Shown: positions 62,701 through 64,000 of the stretch, in pieces
How positions within the stretch are numbered: the first letter of the stretch is position 1
Layout of the letters: every line of letters starts with the position of its first letter
Origin: Cenococcum geophilum
Lineage: Eukaryota
NCBI GenBank assembly: GCA_050273025.1
Contig: CP158635.1
Coordinates: 6,634,001-6,698,000, forward strand
Length of the DNA: 64,000 nt
Direction of reading: 5' to 3'
The notes under the pieces: generated by a model
What the model saw: the letters and a program-made list of their open reading frames with translations, nothing else
Databases searched by the model: none
What the model was told of the DNA's origin: nothing
Program-made: the position numbers and the translations under genes

Positions 62701-62789
62701 CACTAACACCCTTTGGCGGCATGTTGTGTAACCGTGCGTACCAGGTCAATAATGTAATTATCGCCGGAAGCGACGAGAATGAGTTCTGA
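59740..62789 (+). CDS. CCT5: T-complex protein 1 subunit epsilon (CCT/TRiC chaperonin)
   Basis: [11 protein letters not shown](R)[55 protein letters not shown] and [20 protein letters not shown]; many introns. Confidence 0.96.
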
Positions 62790-64000
62790 GCGGCGGAGTG
62801 GGTGGGGTGGAGCGGAAGAAGGCCAAGCTTTGAGGGAGCTAGCTCCGCTGAGGTTGGGATGCTTGGGATTGGATGACTACGGGGCTGGGCGGGGTGACTC
62901 AGATGTTAGATCCCTCTAGGTAGTTGTAGAAAATGTGCAGACTGCACTTAATGTGGCATGGTGACGCTCAATGTCGTGATTGTCGCGTGGGTTTGACTGA
63001 TAGCTGTCAAAGCTGTTAGAACGCGAGCGACACTGATGGCTATGCCATTGAGTCTCTTCTCGAGTTTAAGAATGAAATCATTGATGTTTACACTGTTGTA
63101 TTCGTTAGTTTGATGACGTATCCGGGAGTAAGGTGCTCGAGTTTGGCTAGGTGTTGTCAAGGATTTGCGACAGATGAGGCAGCGGACTGCCTGTCATTAC
63201 GTCATAATATCAAAAAGGGGATGTTTGCGTAGTTGGCATGCATTTTGGCTACACGGCAAGACTGCGCTCTGATTTAGATTTATCGAGGCTCTTAAGTAGT
63301 GATGGCATCGGAAGAGGAAAGGCGATTGATCGGATGTGGTTGGAATAGCGTTATGTATCTGCATTTTGAAGATCGATGCCATCATGTTTTATAATCACCC
63401 TCACGACGTCAAAGTCGAAAATAAAGAATGGACACTGCGAAAGCCGTGCTATATTGAGGATGGTACTTTCCATTGGGTTGGAGCTGTAACTTCTACATTA
63501 AGGAGTAGAATGAAGAAAAAAAATTATCGGGACATCGTGCAACCCTCATCAATAATCATTATCTGAAAACCCCGCTGGCTACCAACTAGACGACACAATC
63601 TGGAAGTCACTGTTACATTTTCCCTCAGTCACTGCTGTGCAGCACCAGGGGGGCTGAGATGTCAGCAAAGCATCGCCTTGTTCGCGTCTGCCGTTTTCAG
63701 CTGAAAAACTTCAGCAGTCGGGAGCGGTAAAGAGCGAAGATTCTGTCAGCAACCATTTGATTTGTGAGTATTTCTTATATTAGCACAGCGGGGGAGAAAG
63801 ACGTGTTCTCAATTATGTAAATTGGCTAACCCGTGAAAATGTCTCGAACGTTTCGTTTTTCTTTCACATGAAAACCCGACTTTTACCCACCTCTCGCCCG
63901 ACATGCTCCATATAATAAACTTTTCGTACGAAAAACGTTGAGATTGAACGGTTCCACATATATTCCGATTTTTCTAGAAAGTTGCAAGTCGCGGCTGCAA

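Noticed and set aside
63640..63720. TPP riboswitch (ggggggctgaga)
   Set aside because: The downstream GAACCUGAU-type core and pairing are absent, and no thiamine gene is visible nearby.

Overview
This is eukaryotic DNA from a filamentous ascomycete (Pezizomycotina). The evidence is short GT-AG introns with CTRAC branch sites and large AT-rich transposon blocks degraded by what looks like repeat-induced point mutation (RIP: excess TpA, loss of CpA/TpG). About 0.8-20 kb is a nested transposon stack: a possible CACTA-like remnant, a Gypsy 3' end, and an old LINE carrying two solo LTRs and a full Copia element, which itself contains a full-length Tad-like LINE. About 41.9-53.1 kb is a second block: a PIF/Harbinger-type MITE, a Tc1/mariner element, a minisatellite with a solo LTR, and a second copy of the same LINE inside a MITE. 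Genes are a HerA/FtsK-like P-loop ATPase, dihydroorotase, a GH5 exo-beta-1,3-glucanase (ExgD-like), NMN adenylyltransferase, the HECT ligase Ufd4, an Smr-domain protein, HP1 and CCT5, plus a HET-domain remnant. The most notable finding is that, once spliced, the ATPase carries 16 tandem N/Q/S/Y-rich 9-residue repeats (QSIYNSNAV-type, prion/amyloid-like) in a frame the ORF track does not show. Other highlights are a ~1 kb SINE-like element with a 17-bp TSD, a structured 5' head and a covarying 3' stem-loop shared with the LINEs; a 49-aa single-TM microprotein; and two unusually long CCT5 introns. All calls were made by eye, with no database searches.
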